Assembly (NCBI GenBank): GCA_029953675.1
Contig: JAMWBK010000003.1
Coordinates: 1,612,001-1,676,000 of the forward strand
Length of the DNA: 64,000 bases
Direction of reading: 5' to 3'
From: Rhodosorus marinus CCMP1338
Taxonomy: Eukaryota > Plantae > Rhodophyta
Shown here: positions 10,932-23,418 of the stretch, one piece after another
Position numbering within the stretch: the first letter of the stretch is position 1
Layout of the letters: each line of letters begins with the position of its first letter
Translations under genes and position numbers: made by a program
The notes under the pieces: generated by a model
Seen by the model: only the letters and a program-made list of their open reading frames with translations
The model's database searches: none
What the model was told of the DNA's origin: nothing

Positions 10932-11834
10932 ATGGCTTTTCCTGTAGAAGTTCTTGTCTTTTCATCAGCATTCGTTCGAGAGTTCTCGAGGCAAGGTAGA
11001 GCCTAAGTTTCATCGCGAGGTGGGCCTTCAGGACTCGGCGAACTCGGACGACGTAAATTCCCGTTCAAAAGCGCACGATCCCAAGGAAGGATTCGTATGG
11101 TTGTCTGTCGTTAAAGAAAACGACGAGCATCCTGGAGACAACGTGATTTCCTATGGGATTAATCGTAAAGAGAAAGACGTGATGAGGGTTTCAAGAGCCG
11201 TTCAGAGCTTTGGAGTCTCAGCCGCAGAGCCTCACTATGAATGCGAGCAATGTCACAAGGTGTTTCGTAAAAGGTAAAAATTATCAGCGGAGGATACAGA
11301 GAGGATCTCAGAGCTTAATCAGCCTCGAAAACTCGCCAGGAAAGGCTTTGTCGCTCACCGAAACATACACTCGAGGAAACACGCTTTTTTCTGCCCCCAC
11401 ACTGGGTGCAGCCGAACGTTCCTTCAAGTATGCAATTTGAAAACGCATGAGCGAACGCACACAGGAGAGAAGTACGTGTCCAAGCCGCACTCACGATGCC
11501 GTCTGCCACCTTGAATCCCATCACGTTTCCTCATGAGGACTATCACAATCCTCTTCGCAGGCCTTTCCTTTGCCGGGTTGATGGCTGTGATCGCAGCTTC
11601 GCTCAACTAAGCAACGTCAAGAAGCACATGCTCAGGATCCACGGTTTGCGTCCCTGCTCTTCGAGATTAGTTCGAAAGACTAGGACTGCTATCCCCAGCG
11701 CTTAGATCCCCTCGGGCATTGCCTCTCCACCAGGAAAACGAGCGCCGAAGCTATGTCGTTTCAAGGGTTGCGACAAGCAATTCGAGTGCCGCGATGAATT
11801 GCAAGAGCATTGTCGGGAGGTTCACAGAAACTAA
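10932..11834 (+). CDS. C2H2 zinc-finger protein with 4 fingers, multi-exon (5' end uncertain)
   Basis: Spliced product reads YECEQCHKVFRKRKGFVAHRNIH, FFCPHTGCSRTFLQVCNLKTHERTH-TGEK/RP linker, FLCRVDGCDRSFAQLSNVKKHMLRIH and LCRFKGCDKQFECRDELQEHCREVH*. Stop TAA at 11832-11834. Start codon is a best guess. Confidence 0.85.
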
Positions 11835-12076
11835 TCTCCACACGACAAACGGCCAAGAGCGTCAACTAATCTCACATCACAAGTCCTCTTGAACATACAA
11901 GTCAGTAATGTTTAGTGTTCGTTGTCATGCCGCACACCAAAGATCGTTTCTATGTAGTCTACACAATCAATCGTGCTCAATCCCAGCTCAGGACTCGCCC
12001 GTGCAAGCAAAGACAACAAAGAATTCAGCAGTTAAAAATTGGACTTTTTCGCCAGCATGATCATGACCGGCCCTCC

Positions 12077-13305
12077 TCATCGCTTCTTAATCATGGGTTC
12101 CGGCAGAGGGCTTGAGCTGAAGAAAGGGTCAGACAGGGCTTTTCCAGCCGAGAGCCTTCTCCCAGGTTCCAACCGAAGAAAGCTTCCCAAGAATGACCTG
12201 GTCTCCTCGGGCACATCGGATAAAACCGCCGCTAGACCAACGCCGCTCTCACTATTGAATAGTAACCTCCCGTACTCGGGAAGCTCACTGAAGGACTGCG
12301 GAAGAAAGAAAATTTCAACCTAAGCAAAATAAAACTCTACGAGGAACTCAGGCGCTTGTCGTGAGAACTCCATACCGGCCAATTCTCATCGTTTGGACTT
12401 CCGAGAATATTGAAAATCTGACAAAGATGGTCGATATCACTAATACCCTTGAAGATGGGATCCCCAAAGTTCAACAATTGAGCGAAGAGACATCCAACCG
12501 CCCAGTAGTCGGCAGCGAACGTCTCAGCTTTCGAGCCCAGCATAAATTCGGGAGCGCGATACCATCTGATTGCAGGAACGGACACTTGTCGAGTTAACAG
12601 TAAACTCAGATTGAGGCTGGTGCACCATAGTCACTATGAAATCCACTCACCTTGTTCCTGGTACGTACGATCCTTCCGGCGAAACGTCAGAGGCAATCGC
12701 GAGGCCGAAATCTGAGAGCACCACCCTGCCATCTCCATCTATGAGCACGTTTTCAGGTTTTATGTCCTGCTCATGGCGAAAGGATTTTGAAAGCTACCGT
12801 CAGAACTTATCAGACTGTTATCCGATAGATCTTGGATTCGGCTATTCGTACGCGATGGATAAAACCAGATCTATGGCAATAGTCTACAGCTTTGAGAACT
12901 TGAAGTAGGTAGTACTTGATGTGGGACATTGACTTCAGGTCTCCCGATTTCATGAGCCCGTACAGATCATATGGATAGTATTCAAGCACCAGCGTTGTTT
13001 TGTTATTTGCAGAGAAGTGATTGACCAGGTGCACGATCTGTTGATTTGCAGCAGTACGACAACGTATGAGAGAACATAGTTCTAATCACTAATGGCATTT
13101 ATAGTATTACTTTACGGTTCCTACTTACATTTTCGTGACGAAGCTTGCTCAGAACTTCCACCTCCGACTTCGCGTAGTCTTTCGAGTTCTTTATTCTGTA
13201 CACGTCTTTCAGAGCCACTCGCTTTCCGCTCTCTTTGTCCTTGCCAAGGTAGACGACACTACAGGCTCCGTCGCCGATCTCTTCCAAGACCTCGTAACTG
13301 TCCAT
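12077..13305 (-). CDS. CDK-related kinase, CDK20(CCRK)/CDKF-like, multi-exon
   Basis: [58 protein letters not shown] and FSELPEYGRLLF resemble CDK20 and plant CDKF. No PSTAIRE motif. Stop TGA at 12077-12079. Confidence 0.85.
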
Positions 13306-14030
13306 GGAGCTTTGTAGAATCTGGATTAAAACAGACGAACAACCCCTTCCACCCACTCCACCTCCACAGCGCGTGCCTCAACAGATGAACTGTCGATCTA
13401 GCATTCGAGAATGTATTACGGTGCCTCAAATAAAAAAAATTCTGGATGAGATCCAACTATGCAGACGTCGTCGGGGTCAACCGCATCTCAACAGCCGCAA
13501 GACGTAGAAAGCATAAACATGGAAGACATCGGTATAATCTCACCACTGCCATGCTGGTTTCAGCCAATGTGGTGAGAAAAAACAACAGGTGGAGAAGGGC
13601 TGAAGAGGGTAAGTGAAACATTGGCAAGATGATCCTGTACCGAAGGTGATTTAACGCAGCGCCCTCACAGATTCCTAGATCTTCTTAACCCGGAGCTCGC
13701 CAGTTTCGCCCGATGACAGCCTGAGGCGAACAAAAAAAGCGCTCGACTGCAATAAGTGCCAACTGAAAATTCTACTTCTAACCCGATTGTCTTCTAAATT
13801 TATGAGCGAGTTCACGGAAATAGGGAATAGAAGGATAAACGCAATCAAAAAATTCTGCTATTCTTGCTCATGACTCTATACGATAGAAGTCGACTAAATC
13901 TCTCCGTTGTTCATCCTTGATGACACAACTAAGTCTAGATAATGACCACTGGTAGCTACTCTGAGTATTTTTGGTCCAGATTGTCTCTAAATCGACTGAA
14001 TTTGAAGAAAAGTCCTCAGGAAGTTAGAAC

Positions 14031-14368
14031 TCAGCTGACGATCGAACGGGTGCTTATCATCGGACACAACAGTGCACGCGCTTGAAAACAAAAAGCGCCT
14101 TGTCTTCGTACGCTTCGTTCTTCTTTCCACGCCGTATCCTGGTTGCGCTTTTCGAAGTCCTCGCAATCGTTGAAGGGTTCGTTGATGGCTGTGGAGAAGC
14201 CCGGGAAAACAAGGTCGAGAAACAGATTGGCATGTTTGGGACAGTCTCGCGACCTTCGTCCAACGTGTCGTGGTAATGCATGTACTCACCCAGGCTAGCG
14301 ATAAACCTTTGCAGGCTTATGCAGTCGTGCCTGACGTCACACACATCCGACCTTGGGATCTTAACCAT
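14031..14368 (-). CDS. Possible 78-aa two-exon orphan protein
   Basis: ATG at 14368; exon 14368-14290; GTGAGT..CACAG intron of 101 nt; exon 14188-14031. The join is in frame (MVKIPRSDVCDVRHDC..AINEPFNDCEDFEKRN..). No homology recognised. Confidence 0.33.
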
Positions 14369-14628
14369 CCCAAAGCGCTCATTCTCGTTCAATAGAGACT
14401 AACACATATACATTTCTTTGATAATTTGGGGGCTACAGACTGTCCCTAATTTCGTTTTTGCTCCGTTGGATACTTAATGGCTTATTGACGTCGCCGTTGA
14501 CATTTTTGCTATAGTGAAGAGGCAGATGAGGCAAGGGTGAAGCATTGGGGACCGGAAACTTTCTGGTTTTTTTGTATTTTTGTTTGCTTCAATCACAGCT
14601 ATTGAAGTTTGATGAGGAAAGTATTTAG

Positions 14629-17545
14629 ATGCGAGGATATGCGATGAAAGAACGAACTTCATTGGATGGTTCTGTAGAAGAACAGTGCAAGGATTTAACG
14701 AGGAGCTTAGCTGGAGGTGTGAAGCAAAGCAATAGCTTGTCGGGGTCAGAGAGTCATGAGTACCTGAACTCCGTGTCCTCTGAGTACCGTCGGTCTGTTC
14801 GGAAGCTGAATAAGAGGGTTTTGAAGGTGCTAGAGGTGCTTGTGGGCTCTGGTGTTGGTGGAAAGCAGGTTGATGAAGTGTTCGACTCCGTAGTAGAGTA
14901 CGCTGAAGATGCGTTGGAGGTGGCACTGACAAACGTTGAAGAGATTGGGAGAGATGGAGATGAAGAAAAAGAATTGAGCAGGTCTGGGCAGTTCAGAAGA
15001 CCGTCTGCAAATCTGGGAAAACATCATGTGAAGAAACCGCAGTATGACTTCGACGACTGGCCAATTGACAACTCCGACACGCCGTTCATTCCAATTGCTG
15101 AGCGGAAGAACCCCCAATTGTCGGATTCCGTTAGACAGCATGTCAGCCGACTTTCCATCAACAACGAAAGTGTTTCTTTGAAACATCCGTATGAAAATGA
15201 AATTCTCCAGGCAGCGAAGAGTTCCGCCCTACTTCCAGGTATACGTTCAAGCCTTGGTCATTCATTACGCGCTTATGATACCACCGCCTACGTTTTATGA
15301 GTTCGAACAGCTTAAGAATGCTTCTCTTCGTATTCAATTTGCTCAGTCCCGGACAAGCCAAGGCTCTGGGGTTCATTTGAGAAAACAGAGTTCACGTTTG
15401 TGGAAGATGAAGCTGACTTTGAAATAATGCTTGAGAAGCTGATGGGAGAAAAGGAAATCGCAGTCGATCTTGAGAACCATTCTGAACGCTCCTACCAGGT
15501 AAGGCGCGGTTGAACGGATCCAGAAACTAAATCGTTTTACCCTGCAGCAACTGATATGCCTGGCCGCAAGGTGCGATTTATCGAAGCATTGTTGACTAAC
15601 AAGGCGGCACATGTACCATCCACACAGGGTTTCTGTTGCCTTATGCAGATTTCGACGCGATCTGAGGACTTTGTCATTGATGCAATCAAACTCCGATCAA
15701 AAATGATTCGAATGCTCCCCATTTTCTGCGACCCAGAGGTTGTCAAGGTGAGGCATCAAGAAACATCGGAGAGGTCTTCGTTGTGCTCACTCTGTGGCCT
15801 GGTGAAACGTCAAAGGTCCTACACGGAGCGAATCACGACGTTCAGTGGTTGGAGAGGGATTTTGGTTTGTACATAGTCAACTTGTTTGATACTTTTGCCT
15901 CCACTAAGCTTTTGGAGCTTCAAGGTTCCCTGGCATTTCTTCTCGAGTTCTTCTGCGACGTCAAGAATTCCAACAAGAAAAAGTTCCAGAGAAGCGACTG
16001 GCGCGTCCGACCACTTCCTGGTAGGAGAATCGGTGCTTTCAACTGATACGTTCTAGTTTCTCTTCAATGCTAACCCAATTCCGCCTTATAGAGGATCAGA
16101 TGAATTACGCGCGCAGCGATACACACTACCTTTTGTACATATATGACAGGCTTCGATCGATGCTGAACGAAAAGGGGGTCCTCGAGGAGTGCTGGTTGAA
16201 CAGTTCGACGGTTGCATTGAGGAGATACGCTAAACCGCGATTGCCAGCGGATGCAAGCCGAAGGCTGCTTGATAAGAGCAATATGAAAGGACATTGGCGG
16301 ACCACCAGGGTCGTCAACGAATTGCTTAAATGGCGCGATACTATCGCTAGGCGAGAAGACGATAGTCCCCAGTATGTGGACTACCTCATTCGAAGTCAAG
16401 TCATTTTCAGCGGATCGAAACCTAACATCAAAGATTTTGGTTCTTGCAGATTTGTTTTGGCCAACCAGCTCGTGCTGGAGATCGCTGGGAATGCAAAACG
16501 GTGTGCGAGTGAAAGACAAGTACAGAAGCTGTCGCAAAGGGTTGGATCCGAAATTCTGAGCAAGGAAGCCGCGTCCGTTGCCCAAATCGTCTCAGATACC
16601 CTTGAAGCGAAGTCTCCTCCTCCCACCGATGCAGAGGAAACACCCAGCATAGTGAGGAAAGATCCTGTCCACACCCGCTTCGATGCAGAAAGATCTGAAG
16701 TGGAGATCGCAGAGGTAGACAGGAATGTCAGCAGGGAAAAACCTGCAAAGTCCGCGTCATTTCGGCAGGGGCAAGCCTCAAAGGACTCGACACGAGAGCT
16801 AGCCATCCATGATGCGCAAGCAGATGGATTGCCCAAAACTATGAACGAGTCAGAAGTTGACTTACAAGGAAACAATAGCACAAGGCTGAAAAGGGGAGTC
16901 TCCGTTGTAGTCAAGAAGAGAAGACGTTCCAGTCTTTTCTGTGAGGAAGAAGACGAAGAGAGTTATGAAGAAGATGTCAATAAGGTTGGAGAATCTCTTG
17001 ATATTGATTCCTCGTCAGTCGACGCACAATCCACAAGAAAATTTCAAACGATTAGAACTGTGGTTCATGAACATATTGCACAGAGCACAAAGGTGGTTAT
17101 AGCAACTCAACCGGGTGGTGAAGACACTGGTATGGAAGCCGTAGAAGGTTCCGATGTCATTGTCATTGATGATGAAAATGGAGATGCTCAGGAGAAAGCT
17201 TCTTCCGGGGAGGATTTAATTTTACTAACTGACAAACCGAAGACTGCGGAAATGCGAAGAAAAGAACGACGAGATGCTCGGAAGAAGGCCAATTCCGAGC
17301 GGAGTGATCGAAACACACCCGATCAGAACGGAAAGCCGAGCAAAGACAACCGCAAAAGGAAGAGTTACGACTACTCAAGCGCTCCATGGTCGCTAGCCCC
17401 AACCGACGAGCAAAACAAATCGAACGCATTCAACCCGGGTGAAAATGTGGAAGCAAAGTATGCAAAGTATTCTAGAGGCGCTCTAGGACATGCAGATACT
17501 CGCAGAAGCAGCGGTTCCAAGAGTATGAGCTACAAGACGAAGTAA
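14629..17545 (+). CDS. RRP6: Exosome 3'-5' exonuclease RRP6/EXOSC10, multi-exon
   Basis: N-terminal PMC2NT-like helix region, HPYENEI, DEDD motifs EIAVDLENHSERSY/QGFCCLMQIST, HGANHDVQWLERDFGLYIVNLFDT and YARSDTHYLLYIYD. HRDC domain LLKWRDTIARREDDSPQ/FVL and a long basic disordered tail. Confidence 0.95.
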
Positions 17546-17860
17546 TCTGTGATCAGTTTCCCGGAGACAAGTAGGCCCCGCACGACTGCGCTTCATCGAC
17601 CAAACATCCAATGGCCGGCCGTGACTTTGCCCGAGCTAAGAGACTATGAAGAGACCCCTGACGTAGGTGCGGCAAACTGTTCGCAAGACAATGGCTCTCA
17701 ACCCTGAGTTGCTACTGCGATGTGGACGCCTGATGACTGGAATAAGTATCAACTGGAGAATGGAATATCTTGCTTTACTATTTTTATTTTCTCCCTCGTG
17801 TCACTCGAAATTTTCTATACTGACACAGCTTACGTAGGCTCTGTAATAATTTTCGGTAAA

Positions 17861-18295
17861 TCATTCCACTTTGACATTCACCGGCTTTGAGGACTCAATG
17901 TGATGCTCAGTCTTTGGGATGCGAACTGTCAGCACACCATCGGCGGAATTGGCCTTTATTTTCGCAAGATCCGCGCTCTCTGGCAGGTTGTACACCTGCT
18001 CGAACCTGGAGAGGCTGTCTGCTCCTTTGTCTTCCGCGAACACTTTAAGTTGATCTCCTAATCTCTCCACGTTGATTTTATCCTTCGGGATTCCAGGAAG
18101 TTCAACCTTGAGCTCAAACTGATGCTCCAGTTCGGCTATCGATTGTCGTCTCCACATACCATTCCAGAACCCACCACGGTTCGCACCGTTCTCAAACGCC
18201 ATGTTTACCGCCTGCTCCATATCCATCAGCACCTGCCTCGTATGTGGGTGGCGCATCAGACTTCCGCCCCTGCATCTCCACAAAGACATCGTCAT
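17861..18295 (-). CDS. HSP20: Small heat-shock protein (HSP20/alpha-crystallin domain), 144 aa, intronless
   Basis: FELKVELPGIPKDKINV, FEQVYNLPESADLAKIKANSADGVLTVRIPK. Confidence 0.92.
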   Translation of the reverse strand: MTMSLWRCRGGSLMRHPHTRQVLMDMEQAVNMAFENGANRGGFWNGMWRRQSIAELEHQFELKVELPGIPKDKINVERLGDQLKVFAEDKGADSLSRFEQVYNLPESADLAKIKANSADGVLTVRIPKTEHHIESSKPVNVKVE

Positions 18296-18446
18296 CGTTC
18301 TTCAAACCCGCCACCCAGCACCCAAGACAGACCAGAAGTTCTCCTTTTTCTAAAACGCTCGTGCCCCTCGAGCGTTACTCCAAAATTCTAAACTCCTGCA
18401 CTACGCTCTGCACTCGCTCACAATCAATTCTCCTTTCAGTCACCCC

Positions 18447-18454
18447 TTTATATA
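18447..18454 (-). promoter_or_regulatory. TATA box of HSP20
   Basis: The minus strand reads TATATAAA about 150 bp upstream of the ATG, at the edge of the C/A-rich leader. Confidence 0.55.
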
Positions 18455-18710
18455 CCCTTTAGTATCCATACCCAAACCCACTCATCCTTAGCAGTCCACT
18501 CTCAACTAACCGTGGAGATGGCAACCAATCCTCTCGATCACTTTACTACTTTACCAGATTATATCCAATTAAAATATGCCAAACGTCCTAAACCACTTTT
18601 AAATAGTTTTTATTGGTTAGTATCTGGTGAAGTAGAGAAGTGATATTTAGTGTCAGAAGCTCGAGATATGAATTTCTCACAAAGGGGGGGGGAACGAATG
18701 ACGACAAGTA

Positions 18711-18730
18711 GTTCCAGAAGTTTCCAGAAT
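18711..18730. promoter_or_regulatory. Perfect 4-unit heat-shock element (HSE)
   Basis: gTTCcaGAAgtTTCcaGAAt is an array of alternating nGAAn pentamers, about 415 bp upstream of HSP20. Confidence 0.75.
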
Positions 18731-19382
18731 AATGATATTTTAGAAATAAAAAATTGGTTTCTCGCGCCGGTGTTGGTCCCCAACTACCCTTTGCAGAAAG
18801 GTTTGTTTTTGTGTTTTCTTTGTTTGTGTGATGGAAGGATATTTTGAACAAGGGTTTCGGCTTTTGCGGGATGGAAAAGGGGGGTGGGGGTGGGGGAGTT
18901 TGGATAGGCATTGAGAGCTCGAAAGGAATCGAAAAATGATAAGTATTTTCAATCTGATTGCTGTCCGATGAGAATTGTCGATAAACAGGAATAGTTTTTT
19001 TTCAATTTTCGTGAAAAGGGCATGATACGATCTGCTTATCATGAGGGTTGAGTTGTTCGATCTTGCTCCGCTTGTTTTAGCCCCCCCCCCCCGCCCTGTT
19101 TTGTAGGGAGAGTCTAGACACCGTAATACGTTAGTGTTTGGTCCGCGGCGCGGATGGCTTCGTCTAAAAGGTCGCTCTGGATGAGAACAGGAAACTCGTG
19201 ATGCAAAGGTGTTTAGTTATTCGTGTTTCTGCTGATGGAAACCGTTTCACTGCCCAGATGATCGCTTAGGTGGGCTGTCTACAGTTTGAAATCAACAGCA
19301 AGATTGCAGAATGAGAACTAGCGTCGCCACAGACACTGTGAGTGGCAGTATCTGACCCTGTGAGTGGCATGTCTGACCCATG

Positions 19383-19514
19383 GATGGAACAAACGTTCCT
19401 CATTAGACACCTTTTCAGCGCCAGACTATGAACTCCAGTGTCTGACCAATCCATCCATTGATGGAACAAACGTTCCTCATTAGCCACCTTTTCAGCGCCA
19501 GACTATGAACTCCA
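19383..19514. repeat. 55-bp near-identical direct repeat, 77-bp period
   Basis: gatggaacaaacgttcctcattag(a/c)caccttttcagcgccagactatgaactcca at 19383-19437 and 19460-19514. Confidence 0.9.
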
Positions 19515-19582
19515 TGTCCTTACTAGAAGCACGGTAATGGGTGTGGTATGTACAAATCGTGACAGGTTAGTGTCAATCCCTT

Positions 19583-21353
19583 CTACGTCGACGCTTCATC
19601 AATCACCGCAGACAGATCCTTGACGCATTTGCAGTCCTTCAAAACAATCTCAAGCTCTTCAATTCGATCTAGTAGTTCTATTCTTTCTTCCTGGTGCAGC
19701 TGTTCTTCAAACTTTCTCTGGTCTATCTCTTCATCCAACCATTCTCGATACTTCGTACTTGCCGCCTGAGGGCAGAAAGGACCAAAGAAGCAACAATCAG
19801 GCCCCTCATCGCGACACGACGGAGTTGGGTTGGCGATCGGACCTACTTACCTGATCAACATACCCTCGAGCTCGTCCCAACATTTTCTTTCTAGCAGTCT
19901 TGGTGATGAGTTCAATTCTCTTCTCCACTCTTCTCTCACTCGTCTCTGCGGCTTCCTGAAGTCGGCGGGCACACTCGGTCTCCATATATGCAAGAGCCTG
20001 CTCCATTTCATTGGCTGCTTCTTCTCGAACCTCAGATTCCATCGTGCATATTCTGCTCTCGGTCTTCGCAAGCGCAAGTTGCAAACGCTTCACCTCGCAC
20101 TCCAATTGAGAACTTTTTGCCCTCTCACGGGCCAGTTCCCTAGTCATGGAGTTTTCCCCCGGCGTCTTCCGCGCTGACAAAACGTTCTCTTTGTTCCATG
20201 AATATAGGGAGTTCGTGCCAACGTGTACTTGGCAGGCGAGCGCTGCGCAGCTCAGAGCATGAATGGTTTCGTCTGAGTCCCGAAGTAGAGGTGAAATATT
20301 CGCAATCATGACCGCAGATCCAGTTTCCAGGCTTGGTTGGAACAACCTCGTAAGTCGACTCTGTCTGTACGGAACGAGGTGCTTCTTTCCATCCTGGCGC
20401 CTCTGATTCTCTTTCAAGACTTCCAAGCATCGGGCAAGGTTCATGAGGGACTTATTGATATGCGACGTCTCACGGATCTTCTCACGGTCACATCCTTGCT
20501 TCCTTCCTGCTCGCTCTGCACCTGCCAAATCAACAATTGAAAGTGATGAGCTCTTTACCAGCTCCGTAACACCTTCAGCATGGACTGCGAACTGATCCAG
20601 GTAAAAGGTGAATATAGCGTGACTGCGAGAGGATCGTTCATTGCTGTCAGTTTCTGCTACGCGCCTCAGCTTCATCCCCTGGCTTAGCGCATGCGTAACT
20701 TGCTCCACGCTTTTGACGACTTGTTTCTTAAGTCCATCAACGAATAAAGACCCACGGGCGTCTTCTTTGATTCGAAGAGTTACTATCTTCTTGGTCTCGT
20801 TGTCACCGAGGAGGTCATAGCACTTCTCATTGTATATTTCCATGAGCGATATGTTCACCTCATGTTCAAGTTTGGCATTTGACGGTGAGTCTGTTCCCGT
20901 TCTTGAAGTAGTATCAAAAATTTTCTGGCATGCGTGGTGAATGAGCCCAGGTCTCATGTTTCCACGTCCTTGAGTCGTGTAGGTCTTTCCGGCATTCGTC
21001 GCGCCGTACGCAAATACCAATCCGTCCTTTCCTTTGAACAGTTTCTCCACCAAGGGTAGGGTTGTTGTCTCGAATATGTCTCTCTGAGATGAGCTGGGAC
21101 CAAATATTGTTGAGAACTGAAACTGAGCTTCTCCACGCTCTCGAACAGATCCCTTGTGGTGGATTCTGTCTCTGCACTTCAGTCTCAGACGTCCAGCCGC
21201 GGAATCGACAGATACTGCTTCTTCCTCTCCTCTCAATTTCTCCTCATCAGTTGAAGGGCGAACCCTCAGCACAACCCTTAGCGGCTCTCCTTCAGAGACC
21301 CCACCAGGGCTGCTTTCCTCAGCGAAGTCAATACGCCTAGCCACCTCCCCCAT
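19583..21353 (-). CDS. Kinesin-6 family (MKLP/KIF20/KIF23-like) motor, 2 exons
   Basis: P-loop FAYGATNAGKTYT, switch I NERSSRSH, switch II VDLAGAER and the kinesin-6-type SLMNLARCLEVLKENQ..VPYRQSRLT, followed by a coiled-coil tail. Last exon AASTKYREW..DEAST*. Confidence 0.9.
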
Positions 21354-23418
21354 CCTAGTAGTCCTGAACAATAACTTCCCACTCAAGCAGCATCCACCCG
21401 ACAAACGATCACCCCCAGTTCAACATCGTACGCAACCTCTGCTCTCACCCATATCCATCTTTTTGATGCCATGCTAGTAGACACCATAAACATCCAGTAC
21501 CCATCCATTCACCAACTCTAAGCAACGACAATCCCTCACCAGAAAGCAATAGCAGATTTGTCAACGGCTAGTCTGGTGAATACCTCTTTTGGAAATTTTC
21601 ATTAGGAGCACGTTGAAGTCACAATTTTCACTATAATTCCGTCTGTACCAATCAAATCGACCACGGATGCAAAATACCAAAATATTTAACAAAACCGCAA
21701 AAAGCATTCCCCGCAAATTCGAGGTCACTTCCAATCAGATACGGGCAAACCCATGGCGGGAACTTCATATATTGATTGAGGAGATTTCTTCGATTGAATA
21801 AGAATAGCTATGCAACAGTACATCCGTGTGGGTACTACTTGTGGAGTTGAAATTGTGTGGATTGGGTTCCTTGTTTTTATGCCCGCTGGAAGGCCCGTTT
21901 TTGTTTTTGAATTGAATAAAAAAAAGGCCCGGCACCTCAATGCGCTAATGAAAATTGGAATAATATTTATGTATTGCTTCTCAGTTTTGAGAGGGGTCTA
22001 ATTATCTTCATACAAGGTGAAATGATTGGAAGGAGTATCATCAGGGAACATGTATTATGTTGTAAAAATATATTCATTTCAGATTCTAGCCAAATGAAAT
22101 AGTTCATTTATCATCCTTGGAATTTCTCATATCCAATGAAAAGGAGGAAACATAAATTACCATTTATTTTTACGCTTAGACATTGATAACGTAATTGTAT
22201 TTATGAAATATTTTCGATGATGCGTTTGGGGAATTAAGCACAAACAACTACCGCCCCTAACCCACATCTGTTACTCTTCAGAACATTGGAAGAAAGAATA
22301 TAAATACATTTTTACAATGCTATGCGGAAGTGCACTACCCTCATGACGAATTTCTGAAAATATTTGCTCAGTTCGTCACTGCATAGTTTTTCAGTTAAAA
22401 ATAGACTATATGAATCTGCTCAGGAAAACGACTGGATGTCATCACATTACGATGGAAAAAGCATAAATTATATGAAGAAAGTTGTTGATGTCAGTCATAT
22501 AAGTCAAAAAAGGGTCGGATTTCAGACTTATATCTCGAAGTTGAGGTTGAGGGGTAATTGATCGCAGCTCGGGACCGAAAACAACTAATTAATTTCAGTA
22601 TTACAAACATCTGATCTTCTCCGAAATACGTTTAAGAGGGGTATGAACTGCACAGCTCCTCGAAATAAAAATTTACCAAACGAGCGTTCATGCAAATATC
22701 CGTAACTACTAGTTGCGGTAATTACGTTTATTCCATATTCATAATATGTTTAAAATAATCAATATATCAAAGATATTGATGAAATTACATGTAATTGCGA
22801 ATTCAAGACGAGCAAAAACGATGAACATATAACCTCCGGGTCTCCGAAGTTCGTTTTTGAGAAGATTTTTTTGGGCCAAAGGAAAACGGGATGTGTTCTC
22901 GATTGCAAGGTTGGGAAAGTGGTTTTCAGCTATCCTTCTCTTTGCGGGGGAAAAAGCTCTCGAAAAGGTTTTACCTAAGTACTGATATTAGGAGGAGGGA
23001 TGAAGGGCTTGGGAAGGGATGAAGGTGGAGGTTGGAGTGAGTATCTTGTGAGAAGGAAAGTGCTTGCACTTAGTGTGATAAGTGTATCAATGTAAACGGG
23101 GAGGGGACTGGGTTAGTATTTTGTTTGTTTGACGTGAATGACCATTTTTTTTTTGTGGGGGGGGTGGTGGGGGGTTGCCGAGAGGAGCGAGAGGAAAGCT
23201 TGATCTTTGCTGAAGGTATGTAAAGCCTGATTCTGATCGCGCTGGGTGGGAAGTGGTTATCATTGAGCTCCGTTTTGGGGAGGAGGGGGGTCAGCAGTTT
23301 TCGTTTGAACCAGTGATAGATCAAATCACTTACATTGACCTTATGAACTAATATTTGTTCAGCGACATTTTTTTTTTGGTGTAGGCGCTTCTTATTTTTG
23401 TGTACTGGTAGGTCAAAA

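Noticed and set aside
16372-16449. Stop-free introns with length a multiple of 3 (this 78-nt RRP6 intron; an 81-nt RAD50 intron at 28111-28191; one in HSP60) as regulated intron retention
   Set aside because: With ~80-nt introns roughly one in ten is expected to be 3n and stop-free by chance, so a handful among dozens is unremarkable.
21540-21700. MSA-like AACGG and CHR-like motifs upstream of kinesin-6 and Aurora
   Set aside because: Only isolated 5-6-mers at chance frequency; no convincing array.
21700-22900. Long AT-rich intergenic stretch as an organellar insertion or transposon
   Set aside because: No recognisable organellar gene, terminal repeats or transposase fragments; treated as a divergent promoter spacer.
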